Assembly: GCA_016192035.1 (NCBI GenBank)
Contig: JACPUW010000037.1
Location: 18,740-82,739 of the forward strand
Length of the DNA stretch: 64,000 nucleotides
Source of the DNA: Bacteroidota bacterium
GTDB lineage: Bacteria > Bacteroidota > Bacteroidia > CAILMK01 > JACPUW01
Direction of reading: 5' to 3'
Below are positions 1-10,300 of the stretch, in pieces. Position 1 is the first letter of the stretch; every line of letters starts with the position of its first letter. Under the pieces are notes generated by a model. It was given only the letters and a program-made list of their open reading frames with translations, was not told where the DNA came from and searched no databases. The translations under genes were made by a program, and so were the position numbers.

Positions 1-1
1 A

Positions 2-745
2 GAAGTGTCAATTTCAGGATTAGAAAATGACTATTGCATCAGTAATGATTCATTTTTAATAACTGGAACTCCTAGTGGCGGCATATTTACTGGAAATTCT
101 ATTATAGAAAAGAATAATAAAAAGTTTTTTGTCCCAGAAATTTCGGGCTTAGGTAAGACTTTAATAGTATATCAAGTCGATAACCATAATTTTTGTCCTT
201 CTATAGATAGTGTATGGATTCAGGTAAACAATACCCCAAAAGCTGATTTTGAATTTACCGCTTTAAATTATACATTGCCCATTTCGGTTAAGTTTACAGA
301 TTTAAGTATTGGAAATCCTGTTAAATGGAGTTGGAATGTTGAGAATGTTGATATAGATTCTTCATATTTACAAGATCCTGTTTTTTCTTTTAATGATAGC
401 ACATCTGTTTTTACGTCATTGACAATTTCTGATTCTAACTTTTGTCGTGATAGCATTAAGAAAAGGATTAATTTATCAGAATTTGTGGGAATAGACGACT
501 TAAACCATATTCATGACATCTATATCCAAATTGATTACGCCAGTAAGAAGCTGACCATAAAAAATAATTTAGTCCTTAATAATGTAAGCGTCATTTCGAT
601 TTTTTCATTTGATGGAAAGCTAACTAATCAATTTTTTGTAAATCAAAATACACGAGAAATTAATCTTAATAATCTACCTTCTGGATTTTATTTTTTACAT
701 GCTCAATTTGATAAATTGAATAAAATCTTTTTGATTACTCTATAA
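2..745 (+). CDS. Secreted PKD-like domain protein with T9SS type A C-terminal sorting domain (5' end outside window)
   Basis: The frame is open to the window edge. A PKD-like stretch (KADFEFT...VKFTDLSIGNPVKWSWN) is followed by a ~80-aa tail ending NLPSGFYFLHAQFDKLNKIFLITL, the usual Por/T9SS type A tail pattern. Codon usage is strongly AT-rich, unlike the rest of the window. Confidence 0.75.
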   Translation, partial: EVSISGLENDYCISNDSFLITGTPSGGIFTGNSIIEKNNKKFFVPEISGLGKTLIVYQVDNHNFCPSIDSVWIQVNNTPKADFEFTALNYTLPISVKFTDLSIGNPVKWSWNVENVDIDSSYLQDPVFSFNDSTSVFTSLTISDSNFCRDSIKKRINLSEFVGIDDLNHIHDIYIQIDYASKKLTIKNNLVLNNVSVISIFSFDGKLTNQFFVNQNTREINLNNLPSGFYFLHAQFDKLNKIFLITL

Positions 746-957
746 TTTTACACTAAAAATACAATCGCCCAAGTAAATATTATATCGAAACAAGAGAATA
801 ATTTCCTTTGGAAACCCTCATTTTTTCTTACTTCTCAAGTTTCGCACCCTAAACACGGCTTGATTATCAACAATTTATGTTGATAAAAAGTAGCATGGTT
901 TCCTAGCAAACACGCTGATATACAGTAAATTTGCTATAATTTCCAAAACAAAAAACC

Positions 958-1163
958 ATGCTACACCACAAAGATATAAAGAACATTTCGGAGCTGGGCA
1001 GGTATTGGAGCCCTAAACGCACCGAGTTTGAATCGCTTTATTCTATTATCAACGGAAAAGTATTCTCCAAGGTGTTTGATAAGTTTGCCAAGCAAAAAGC
1101 CAAGGCTATGATTTTAGGTACTTGATTACCATCATTGAGACCTTTGCAAAAGTTGTCGCTTGA
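958..1163 (+). pseudogene. Possible frameshifted N-terminal remnant of an IS4-like transposase
   Basis: A 56-codon ATG ORF (958-1128) encodes MLHHKDIKNISELGRYWSPKRTEFESLYSIINGKVFSKVFDKFAKQKAKAMILGT. Shifting one frame at ~1104 reads on as GYDFRYLITIIETFAKVVA, then stops at 1161-1163. The pattern resembles N-termini of IS4-type transposases as I remember them. It lies at the AT-rich/GC-normal boundary. No DDE domain follows. Confidence 0.3.
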
Positions 1164-1492
1164 GTTATCCTCCGATTGTTAATTGTGTAGGTAAATTTTT
1201 TCCATTGAGGGGTATAGCTTTGTCATGTGATCAAAATAACGAGTCAAATGTCATTTACCGGCTATGAGTCATGCAGGATACGTTTTTCTGTGCAAGCGCT
1301 AACATAGGGCCAGGGTCTAAACGGAATGAACTACCGTAGGCCCGGCGGCACGTAGGGCAGTGTAAGCGCATGGGCAGGGAATTATTCCTTACCTGCCTAC
1401 CCACATTCGTGTGCAACCAAGGTGCTTGGGGTTCTAATTTTGCCCCAGTGCTAGACCAACCCACCCACAATCCGAATGAACTCGGCAAGGAA

Positions 1493-2269
1493 ATGTCCTT
1501 CTTGGACCACCTGGAGGAATTGCGGTGGCACATTATCCGTTCGCTCATAGCCGTTTCCATTGGTACCATATTGGCCTTTATTGGGCGCAAATGGGTGGTG
1601 GCCATTATCATGGCCCCTGCCCAACTCGATTTTTGGACTTATGACATGATGTGCCGTTTGTCAAGGTACGTAGGTACCGATATGCTATGCATAGAAAAAC
1701 TGAATTTTAGCCTTATCAATCGCAAAATAATGGGGCAGTTTACCCAGCACCTGAGTATTTCGGTGGTGGTGGGCATCATCCTAGCCTTTCCCTATGTCTT
1801 AATTGAAGCCTGGCGATTCTTGAAACCTGCGCTAAAGTCTAGGGAGCGCCGCTATTTGAGGGGGATTATTTTTTCGGGCTCCCTACTGTTTTTCATGGGG
1901 GTCTGCTGTGGGTACTTCATGCTTGCTCCCATTTCCATTCAGTTTTTGGCCAACTACACCTTTATAGAAGAACTGGAAAACACCATTGATCTGCAGAGCT
2001 ATATTTCCCTCATATCAATGGTTACCCTGGCTGCCGCCCTGGTATTTGAGTTGCCCATGGTGGTATATTTCTTGGCAAAGGCAGGATTGGTAGGCCCACA
2101 GGTTATGCGCCACTATAGAAAACATGCCATCTTGATCATATTGATCGTATCCGCCGTCATCACCCCACCTGATGTGTTAAGCCAAATCATGCTGTCGATT
2201 CCGTTTTTTATATTGTATGAGGTATCTATTCTCATAGCCAGCCGAATAGAAAAGAAAAGGGAAGCTTAA
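1493..2269 (+). CDS. tatC: Twin-arginine translocase subunit TatC
   Basis: MSFLDHLEELRWHIIRSLIAV... is the canonical TatC N-terminus, followed by a multi-TM body. The ORF-track start at 1370 is an upstream extension, so I chose the ATG at 1493. Confidence 0.9.
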   Translation: MSFLDHLEELRWHIIRSLIAVSIGTILAFIGRKWVVAIIMAPAQLDFWTYDMMCRLSRYVGTDMLCIEKLNFSLINRKIMGQFTQHLSISVVVGIILAFPYVLIEAWRFLKPALKSRERRYLRGIIFSGSLLFFMGVCCGYFMLAPISIQFLANYTFIEELENTIDLQSYISLISMVTLAAALVFELPMVVYFLAKAGLVGPQVMRHYRKHAILIILIVSAVITPPDVLSQIMLSIPFFILYEVSILIASRIEKKREA

Positions 2270-2320
2270 ACCGTATGGGACCGCTTATTTTATCCCTGTA
2301 AGGGCTTATTGAGGTGTGGT

Positions 2321-5173
2321 TTACTTAAGTTTGGTCGCCAAGTATTTTGCCGTATGGCTTTGCTTTACGCCCAGTATGCCTGTTGGCAGGCCTTGGTAGA
2401 GCAACTGGCCGCCGTTCTTGCCGCCCTCAGGGCCCAGGTCTATCAACCAGTCAGCGCACTTTATTACCTCCAGGTTGTGCTCTATCACCAAAACCGTATG
2501 CCCCTGTGCCAATAGCTTATGGAATGCAGTTAGCAAGTGTTTTATATCGTGCACGTGCAAGCCGGTGGTAGGCTCGTCAAAGAAGAAAAATATGGAAGTA
2601 CCCTTTTGCCCTTCTGCCAAGAAATAGGCCAGTTTTATTCTCTGGGCTTCACCACCTGACAGGGTGCTGGATGACTGCCCAAGGCCCAAATATCCCAACC
2701 CGATTTCTTGTAAGATGGACAACCTACGGTGTATCTCGGGTTTATCGGAAAAAAAACCTACCCCCTCATCCACCGTCATGTCAAGCACCTCCCATATGTT
2801 TTTCCCCTTATAGGTTACGTCAAGCAGTTCGGGCTTGAACCTTTTGCCCGCGCACTCTTCACATTTTAGGTGCAGGTCGGCCATAAACTGCATTTCTACA
2901 GTGAGATAGCCATCACCCTGGCACGCATCGCAGCGACCACCATCCACATTAAAGGAAAAATGTGCCGGTGTATAGCCCCTTTGTTTGGAGAGGCCCTGTT
3001 GGGCAAATAATATGCGTATGGGGTCATAGGCTTTGATGTATGTTACCGGGTTTGAACGAGAGGAGCGGCCAATAGGGTTTTGGTCCACGTACTCTACCTG
3101 TTTTATCCTTAGGGTACTACCGGTTATGTCGGCACAGTTTTTTATCTCATCTCCCATGTGCTGCACCTTGGCAAGTAAGGAAGGATAGACTACCTCGCGC
3201 ACCAGGGTGGACTTGCCCGACCCACTTACGCCTGTTACCACAGTAAGTCTAAATAGCGGTATTTGCACGTCAAAACCCTTAAGGTTATGCTTAAATGCCC
3301 TCACTATTTGAAGCATGTGCTCTGGTGTGGCCTTTTTTGCAGGGGGTACTATGCCCATTTCGCCATTCATATACTTGGCGGTAAGTGTGTCATTTTGTGT
3401 GTCAAACACTGACTTGGGGCCCGAAAAGACCACTCGGCCACCTTGGTTTCCGGCTAGGGGGCCTATGTCAATGATATGGTCGGCATGGCGGATAATATCC
3501 TCGTCATGTTCCACCACAATTACGGTATTGCGCAGGTCGCGGAGACGTTTTAGTACGGCAATCAACTTTTCGGTATCCTTGGAATGAAGGCCTATGGACG
3601 GCTCGTCAAGGATATACATTGAGCCGGTAAGGTTGCTGCCAAGAGATGTAACCAATTGTATGCGTTGTGATTCACCTCCTGAAAGGGTTCGGGCATCCCG
3701 GTTTAGGGTAAGGTATCCCAGGCCTACTTCACACAGCATTTGCAAGCGGTTTTGTATTTCGAGCAGTATCCGCTTGGATACCGTTAGCCTGTGCGCATCA
3801 AGTTCCAAGCCCATAAAAAACACGCACAGTTCATCTATTGGCATCAATACCAGGTCTGAAATACTTTTTAGGCCTACTTTCACATAGGCTGCATCCTTGC
3901 GCAGCCGTGTTCCCCGGCAATCCGGACAGTTGGTCTTGCCCCTGTATCGCGACATAAGTACACGATATTGAATCTTATAGGCATTGGATTCTAGGTATTG
4001 GAAAAACTGGCTTATACCTTCACAGTGGCCCTGACCATTCCATAGCAGTCCCCGCTCTTGTTCACTTAGGTCCATATATGGCCTGTGTATAGGAAAACCC
4101 AATTTGCCTGCCTGTAAAAGAAAATCCCTCTTCCATTCCTGCATTTTTTCTCCACGCCAGCATACCACGGCATCGGCATACACAGAAAGGTTCTTGTCTG
4201 GCACCACTTTATCTTCATCTATGCCTATCACAGTGCCAAAACCTTCGCAGGTTTTACATGCTCCATACGGATTGTTAAAGGTAAAAAGATTGGTGCTGGG
4301 CTCTTCAAACTCCATCCCGTCAAGCTCAAACTTATTGCTAAACAGCAACATGGTGGGCTGCTCCCCTTCATACACATATACCATGCAAACACCCCCACCC
4401 TCGTTGAACGAGGTTTGTACCGAATCGGCAAGTCGTTCTTCGTATTCCTTATTGCCCTTATCCACAGCCAAACGGTCAATTACCAAGCGGAGCTGTTCAA
4501 ACATGGGAAGTACCTCCACGGCATGTGTGCGTGTCTTTCCTTTACCATTTCCGTGTTCCAGGAAACCCATTACCTCTTCAATTTTCATTACCCTGTCCTT
4601 TACCATTACCCTGGTAAACCCTTTCTGCCTTGCCGTTGACAACTCATCGGCGGCATTACGGCCTTGTTCGCGCACCAGTGGGGCCATTACCACCAGTTTT
4701 GTGCCGCCCGGATAGGCGTTTACCGCGTCAATCACATCACTTACGCTATGGCGCTTCACCTCGTTTCCGCTCATCGGTGATAGGGTTTGCCCTATCCGTG
4801 CATACAAGAGTTTTAAGTAGTCATACACCTCTGTGGTAGTCCCCACCGTGGACCGGGGATTGGTGGTATTCACTTTTTGCTGAATGGCAATGGCTGGTGA
4901 TAGGCCCCTGATAGAGTCAACCTCAGGTTTTTCTATTTTACCTACAAACTGCCTCACATAGGCCGATAGGCTCTCTATATACCTCCTTTGGCCTTCGGCA
5001 AATAGGGTGTCAAATGCCAACGAGGATTTGCCCGACCCACTAACACCCGTGATAACCACCAACTTGTTTTGGGGTATGTCAAGGTCAATGTTCTGCAGGT
5101 TATTCTGCCTTGCCCCACGTATTTCTATGCTTCTTTCCTTCCATGTGGGGTGGCCGTTGGTATGGGCATGCAT
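2321..5173 (-). CDS. uvrA: Excinuclease ABC subunit A (UvrA)
   Basis: 950 aa. It has IEIRGARQNNLQNIDLDIP, two Walker A sites (GVSGSGKSSLAF and GVSGSGKSTL), two ABC signatures (LSGGESQRI, LSGGEAQRI) and zinc-finger Cys clusters (CPDCRG, CDACQGDG...CEEC). Confidence 0.98.
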   Translation of the reverse strand: MHAHTNGHPTWKERSIEIRGARQNNLQNIDLDIPQNKLVVITGVSGSGKSSLAFDTLFAEGQRRYIESLSAYVRQFVGKIEKPEVDSIRGLSPAIAIQQKVNTTNPRSTVGTTTEVYDYLKLLYARIGQTLSPMSGNEVKRHSVSDVIDAVNAYPGGTKLVVMAPLVREQGRNAADELSTARQKGFTRVMVKDRVMKIEEVMGFLEHGNGKGKTRTHAVEVLPMFEQLRLVIDRLAVDKGNKEYEERLADSVQTSFNEGGGVCMVYVYEGEQPTMLLFSNKFELDGMEFEEPSTNLFTFNNPYGACKTCEGFGTVIGIDEDKVVPDKNLSVYADAVVCWRGEKMQEWKRDFLLQAGKLGFPIHRPYMDLSEQERGLLWNGQGHCEGISQFFQYLESNAYKIQYRVLMSRYRGKTNCPDCRGTRLRKDAAYVKVGLKSISDLVLMPIDELCVFFMGLELDAHRLTVSKRILLEIQNRLQMLCEVGLGYLTLNRDARTLSGGESQRIQLVTSLGSNLTGSMYILDEPSIGLHSKDTEKLIAVLKRLRDLRNTVIVVEHDEDIIRHADHIIDIGPLAGNQGGRVVFSGPKSVFDTQNDTLTAKYMNGEMGIVPPAKKATPEHMLQIVRAFKHNLKGFDVQIPLFRLTVVTGVSGSGKSTLVREVVYPSLLAKVQHMGDEIKNCADITGSTLRIKQVEYVDQNPIGRSSRSNPVTYIKAYDPIRILFAQQGLSKQRGYTPAHFSFNVDGGRCDACQGDGYLTVEMQFMADLHLKCEECAGKRFKPELLDVTYKGKNIWEVLDMTVDEGVGFFSDKPEIHRRLSILQEIGLGYLGLGQSSSTLSGGEAQRIKLAYFLAEGQKGTSIFFFFDEPTTGLHVHDIKHLLTAFHKLLAQGHTVLVIEHNLEVIKCADWLIDLGPEGGKNGGQLLYQGLPTGILGVKQSHTAKYLATKLK

Positions 5174-5337
5174 GTGTTTGGCTGTAAATAATTAATTGGA
5201 TGTGGTCAGTTTTGAACGAAAGCCTTATATTAGCCTCGGTTTTCACCAATAAAATCGCTCAAACTTACTTACAGAATACGCTTATAAGACAAGTTCTACG
5301 CTGACGAAACCTATTCAGGAACCTAAAACCAAACCAT

Positions 5338-5916
5338 ATGGGTCAGCGAACCATGAGCGATCAAGAACTTGTTCAACTCTATCTTACTGGACAAGAAAAG
5401 GCACTGGCAGTACTTATAGCACGCCACCAAGACAAACTGTTTTCAGCTATTTATGTACTGGTGAGAAACCGGGCCGTGGCAGAAGACATACTCCAAGATG
5501 CTTACTTCAAAATAGTTTCTACCCTTAAAGGCGGTAGGTACAATGAGGAGGGTAAGTTTATCCAGTGGGCCATGAGAATTGCCCGCAACTTGGTCATTGA
5601 CCACTTTAGGAGAGGCAACAAGTTTCCTACAGTCACTGACAGTGAAGGGAATGATATATTTACCTATATCAACATTCCCGAAGAAAACCAAGAAGACCGC
5701 TTGGTGGCAAATGAAAGGGACAGCAAGCTCAGACAGCTTATAGAACAACTCCCCGCCGAACAAAGGGAAGTACTGGTACTAAGGCACTATGCCGACTTGA
5801 GTTTTAAGGAGATAGCCGATCTAACGCAGGTGAGCATCAATACCGCTCTTGGCCGTATGCGGTATGCCCTCAACAATCTGCGAAAATTGATAGAGAAGCA
5901 CAACATAGCACTCTAG
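5338..5916 (+). CDS. ECF-type RNA polymerase sigma-70 family factor
   Basis: 192 aa. Region 2 (DILQDAYFKIV...FIQWAMRIARNLVIDHFRR) and region 4 HTH (REVLVLRHYADLSFKEIADLTQVSINTALGRMRYAL) are visible. An alternative ATG lies at 5353. Confidence 0.9.
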   Translation: MGQRTMSDQELVQLYLTGQEKALAVLIARHQDKLFSAIYVLVRNRAVAEDILQDAYFKIVSTLKGGRYNEEGKFIQWAMRIARNLVIDHFRRGNKFPTVTDSEGNDIFTYINIPEENQEDRLVANERDSKLRQLIEQLPAEQREVLVLRHYADLSFKEIADLTQVSINTALGRMRYALNNLRKLIEKHNIAL

Positions 5917-5984
5917 CAAGCCCGGACAATACTATCCCACTCTTTTGGGCGTTTCCCTTGGCATGAATCCCTTAATGGAGTTTT

Positions 5985-6212
5985 ATGACCAAAAAAATTA
6001 CCCAAGAGCGCATTATACAGTTTGTATATGGAGAATTGCCTTTTGAAGAAACGGCGGCCCTTTTCGATGAATTGGACAACGATACCGAAGGATTGGATTA
6101 TCTGGAAAGTGTTGCCGGAATAGGCACCTTGCTCGGTTCCCTTATGGTTAGTCCCAGCAAGGCCATTCGTGACAATGTATTGGCCTTTTCAGCGCATTTC
6201 ACGGAGGAGTAG
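5985..6212 (+). CDS. Small acidic protein, positional candidate for an anti-sigma factor or sigma partner
   Basis: A 75-aa ORF lies 69 nt downstream of the ECF sigma gene on the same strand (FVYGELPFEETAALFDELDNDTEG...). I saw no TM segment. The call is positional only. Confidence 0.4.
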   Translation: MTKKITQERIIQFVYGELPFEETAALFDELDNDTEGLDYLESVAGIGTLLGSLMVSPSKAIRDNVLAFSAHFTEE

Positions 6213-6305
6213 CCCAGCAAACGGGGCACTCGCCTTAACCGGTGGATTATTCTCAACAATACTGCCTTTGCTGGGGGGTAATATTGGCACATCCAAAAGA
6301 TTGCC

Positions 6306-7013
6306 ATGTCTTTATACAGCATCATTGTTTATACAAACCGAGTGCCCGATTATCAGGATTTTCAATCGCGTGCCCTATCGTTAGGCCATTCGGTTACTTA
6401 CTGCGCGCAGCTGGCCGAGATGGACGGTGACGCACTGGCCACCCAATTTAACCAAGTCATTTTGTTTGATTTGGAAGGTCAAAACGCCGGTGCGCTGGCT
6501 CAGATGGGTGAGCGGGTCGCCCAGAGGAAAACCCCTTTTTTTATTCTAGTTGGCTCAGGCACTGAATCTGAGCTACTAAGCCAAAAGTTGGCAAAACCTA
6601 CTGGTTACCTTTCTAAACCACTTAATAGCACCCTCGTGTTTGTCAACATAGAGCTGGCGCTGGAGCAGAGGCGTAGCGCCAAAGCCAAGGAGCACAAGCT
6701 AGAAGAGCTTTTTGTAAAGAATGGAAAGGAGTACGTGCGCATAAGCACCGATGATATACTCTGGGTACAAGCCAGCGGAAATTATATTGAAATCTTCACT
6801 GCACAGGAGAAGTGTTTTCTGCTAAGGGTGGGCCTAAAGGAACTTGAAGATAGACTACCGGAACAACAATTCATTAGGGTCCATAAGTCATACATTGTCA
6901 ATAAAAAGCACATCCTTAAATTTAACAGCGCGGCCATACGCACTGTGATGGGTGAGATACCACTGGCCAGGAGTTACTTTGGTTCGGTACTCACGGCCTT
7001 CACCGTTATTTAG
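6306..7013 (+). CDS. LytTR-family DNA-binding response regulator with atypical receiver domain
   Basis: The C-terminal LytTR domain reads ISTDDILWVQASGNYIEIFT...FIRVHKSYIVNKKHI. The N-terminal receiver-like domain keeps the putative acceptor Asp (VILFDLEG) and the YLSKP lysine. It has TN where the N-terminal acidic pair normally sits (IIVYTNRVPD). Confidence 0.85.
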   Translation: MSLYSIIVYTNRVPDYQDFQSRALSLGHSVTYCAQLAEMDGDALATQFNQVILFDLEGQNAGALAQMGERVAQRKTPFFILVGSGTESELLSQKLAKPTGYLSKPLNSTLVFVNIELALEQRRSAKAKEHKLEELFVKNGKEYVRISTDDILWVQASGNYIEIFTAQEKCFLLRVGLKELEDRLPEQQFIRVHKSYIVNKKHILKFNSAAIRTVMGEIPLARSYFGSVLTAFTVI

Positions 7014-7354
7014 TTCGGTCACATTCTTCACACCCCGAATTTGCTTCCCCTTTCAGCCGGGCGTTTTTGGGTGTATTGACATGTTTATGTCTTGTTCTGG
7101 GATGGGGGCATAAAACAAAGCCCAGTATTTTAGGGTTGAATAGGAAAATTTCATCGACTAAAATTCAAACTACTTCGGGCTAAAAAAAATATCCACAGGC
7201 TTTGCCAATTGGTACAAACATTGAGAAACCCAGTGCAGCTAATAAGGCACGAACAGTTGATCAAGATTTACCCATCAAGCTTCAAGGGCTTGTTCCCTAA
7301 CTGGAAGATAGGTAACTATTGCTATTTAACTGTTTCTCTTTTAATGGATAACAA

Positions 7355-10300
7355 ATGTACCCAAGCGCAAAACCTGTAGTTATGTACACAAGATTTACAC
7401 TCACTGAAACAAGCAAATTCCGCCCGCTGGCCAAGCTCTTCCTGGCCCTGGTGCTGGTACTGGGAATGGGCAGTTTCTCAAAATTGGAAGCAACCCATTA
7501 TCGGTATGGATCAATGAGTTGGCAGCCTACTTCAGGTAATACCGTCCAAATGAAGATCACCCAGGGATGGCGACGTAGCTTTTTTGGAAATCCCGTGGTA
7601 GGGGCCACCGTCAATACCGGCACCCTGTACTTCGGTGATGGAAGTTGGTCGGCCATTAACCTCACCGTTACTTCGGTTAACACAGTGGACGATTGGTTCT
7701 TTGGGGAGTTTACCGTAAACCACACCTACGCAACTTCAGGCAACTATACCGCATACTACCAAAGCTGCTGCCGTATAAGCACCCTTAAGAACAACAGGGA
7801 CGGTAATTTTAGGAGTGAGACAATCGTAACGGTAGGCACGGGCAACAGTTCGCCAGTAACCACCATTGCACCAATTATCAACCTGCAAACGAACCTTTCG
7901 GCAGCATCATTTTTTCTGCCCGCCAACGACCCCGATGGCGACCCGCTTACCTATAGGCTTGCAACCGCCAGCGAAGCGGCAGGTGGTTCATTTTCAAATC
8001 CGAGTGGAATATCCATTAACGCCTCTACCGGTGAAGTTACCTTCAACACCATAGGGACAACAGTAGGAGACCTATATAACGTGGCCCTGGTAGTTGAAGA
8101 CGGAAACACAAAGACTATGGCTGATTTTATCATTAAGATAGTCAACCAATCAACCCCTCCATATTTTGATTACTCGGTTACTCCCGCCAGTGGATATACC
8201 TACCAGGTGGCACCTGGCACCCCAGTGAGTTTTGACGTGTTGGCCCGCGACAATGATTTTGGCAGCACCGTGGTGCTCTCCGCAGTGGGCTTGCCTATAG
8301 GATCTACCATGAACCCAGGCTTGCCAGCAGGCCCATCCAACCCAGTATCCTCTACATTTTCATGGACTCCATCTTCTTCCCAGTTGGGCTCATTCGTAAT
8401 CAACTTTACCGCCCAAGACAACAATGGGGTACAAACCAGCACATCGATAAGCATTCAGGTAAGCCTAAAACCTGTGTTTGATGTTCCCCCTACTCCGGCT
8501 GCAGGGGTGCATTTGGTGTTTGCGCCTGGCGATATGATCCAATATACCGTTCAGGCATCCGATCCAGATTCCTTGGATATAGTTACGATCAACTTGGTAG
8601 AAGGCAAGGCCATGAATGGCACCCATATAGCCCTATACTCAGGTGCATCCTTCAGCCCAATTCCCACCACAGCTGCCAATCCCACTTCTGGCGTGTTTAC
8701 GTGGCAAACCCAAGCCTCTGATTGGGGGCACCGCCACGTGTTCTTTACCGCTGAAGACGGTTATGGAGATAAGGCCGTGCACGAAGTGAGCATGTTGCTT
8801 AACACCAACCCAGCTTTCCTTTCATCACCAATTTCATCAGTTAATATTGGCCAAACGTATTCCTATCTGGTAGTGACCAGCGATCCGGATACAGCCTATG
8901 GAGATTCACTTGAGCTATTCGGGTTCAACCTTCCTTCTTGGCTCACCTTTATAGACTATGGAAATGGCACCGGACTTCTTACTGGTACCCCGTCTATTTC
9001 CGATGTGGGCGCCTATAACGTGAATCTCGAAGTCCAAGACATTCACCACCATTCCAATGTGGGAGGTATTCCTTCACAAAACTTTACCATTACCGTTAAT
9101 CCTTGTGCCATAGTACTTGGCTACACCGTGGTTGATGAATCCTGTTTGGCTTCAAATGGATCTATTCACGTGACTGCCAATGGTGTTAACCTCCCTGCCC
9201 AGTATAGCTGGACTGGCTCAAATGGTTTCTCCGCCAGTAGTTTATCTATTTCGGGCGTCCCACAGGGCAACTATCAGCTATCAATTACAGACACTTTTGG
9301 TTGTACCGCTTCCCTAACCGCAGCAGTAGGTGGCATTGTAGATACGGTAAAACCTGTTTTCGCGGTGTATGATTACGTGGAGATTGGCCTCGATACAGCC
9401 GTGAACTATTCTTTTTCCAGTGGCGAACTGATCATGTCTTCCTATGATGGCTGCCCAGTTGCCACTACATACTTCCCTTCTAGTGTTAACTGTGATGATG
9501 CCGGTGTAATTGATACCATTATGGTGGTTCAGACCGATGTGTACGGCAATTCCGATTCGGCATTTGTGGCAGTTAAGCCTTTGGATATCACCGCTCCTAT
9601 AGTAAATATTTACCACAAAGTAGTGGTTCAGTTGGATGACGATGGCAATGCCATGGTATTCCCAAGCACCTTTGATAGCCTAACGTGGGACCGTTGTACA
9701 GACGTAGTCTTTACCCTTAGCCAAACCAAGTTTGACTGTACAGACTTGCCTATGGCAAATGTTACCCTCACGGTTGAAGATGAAAACGGCAACAGTGAAA
9801 GCGATATTTGGACTAGGGTAATTGCGGGCAATCAGATTTACTACCAAAAAACGGAATTGAATGACTACTACACGGTTACTGTATTTATCGATGACTGTAT
9901 CCCTCCGGTAGCCATTTGCAAGGACATAGAAGTGCAGCTAGATCAATTTGGCAAAGCGAGCATACTGCCAGATGATGTGAACGATGGGAGTTTTGACAAT
10001 TGCAACCTCTGGTACTTCACCCTGGACGACAGCACATTTACTTGTAGCGATGTGGGTAACCAATGGGTTAACCTACATGCCTACGATATGACCGGCAACA
10101 TGGCCTGCTGTCCGGTCCAGGTAACGGTTAGGGACACTATCAACCCGGTTGCCGTATGCAAGGACATTATAGTGTATCTGGATAGCGTTGGCTCAGTGGT
10201 AGTAAAGGGAAAAGACCTGGATGGCGGTACCACCGGTAACTGTGATGTAGAAACGTTTGAACTGAGCGATACGGCTTTTACCTGCGGTTCGCTTGGTGTC

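Noticed and set aside
1255-1492. GC-rich ~240-nt stretch upstream of tatC as a possible structured RNA gene
   Set aside because: It has a direct repeat (GAATGAACT at ~1325 and ~1474) and small palindromes (GGAATTATTCC). I could not find signature motifs of tRNA, tmRNA, RNase P, SRP RNA or any riboswitch I know. The T-arm-like GGGGTTCTAATTTTGCCCC lacks the canonical loop. I left it as an unexplained leader or intergenic region. An Infernal/Rfam scan would settle it.
2309-5195. + strand ORFs overlapping uvrA (e.g. 4104-4715, 203 aa)
   Set aside because: They are antisense to an unambiguous uvrA and have Ser/Pro/Arg-rich translations without motifs. I judge them spurious.
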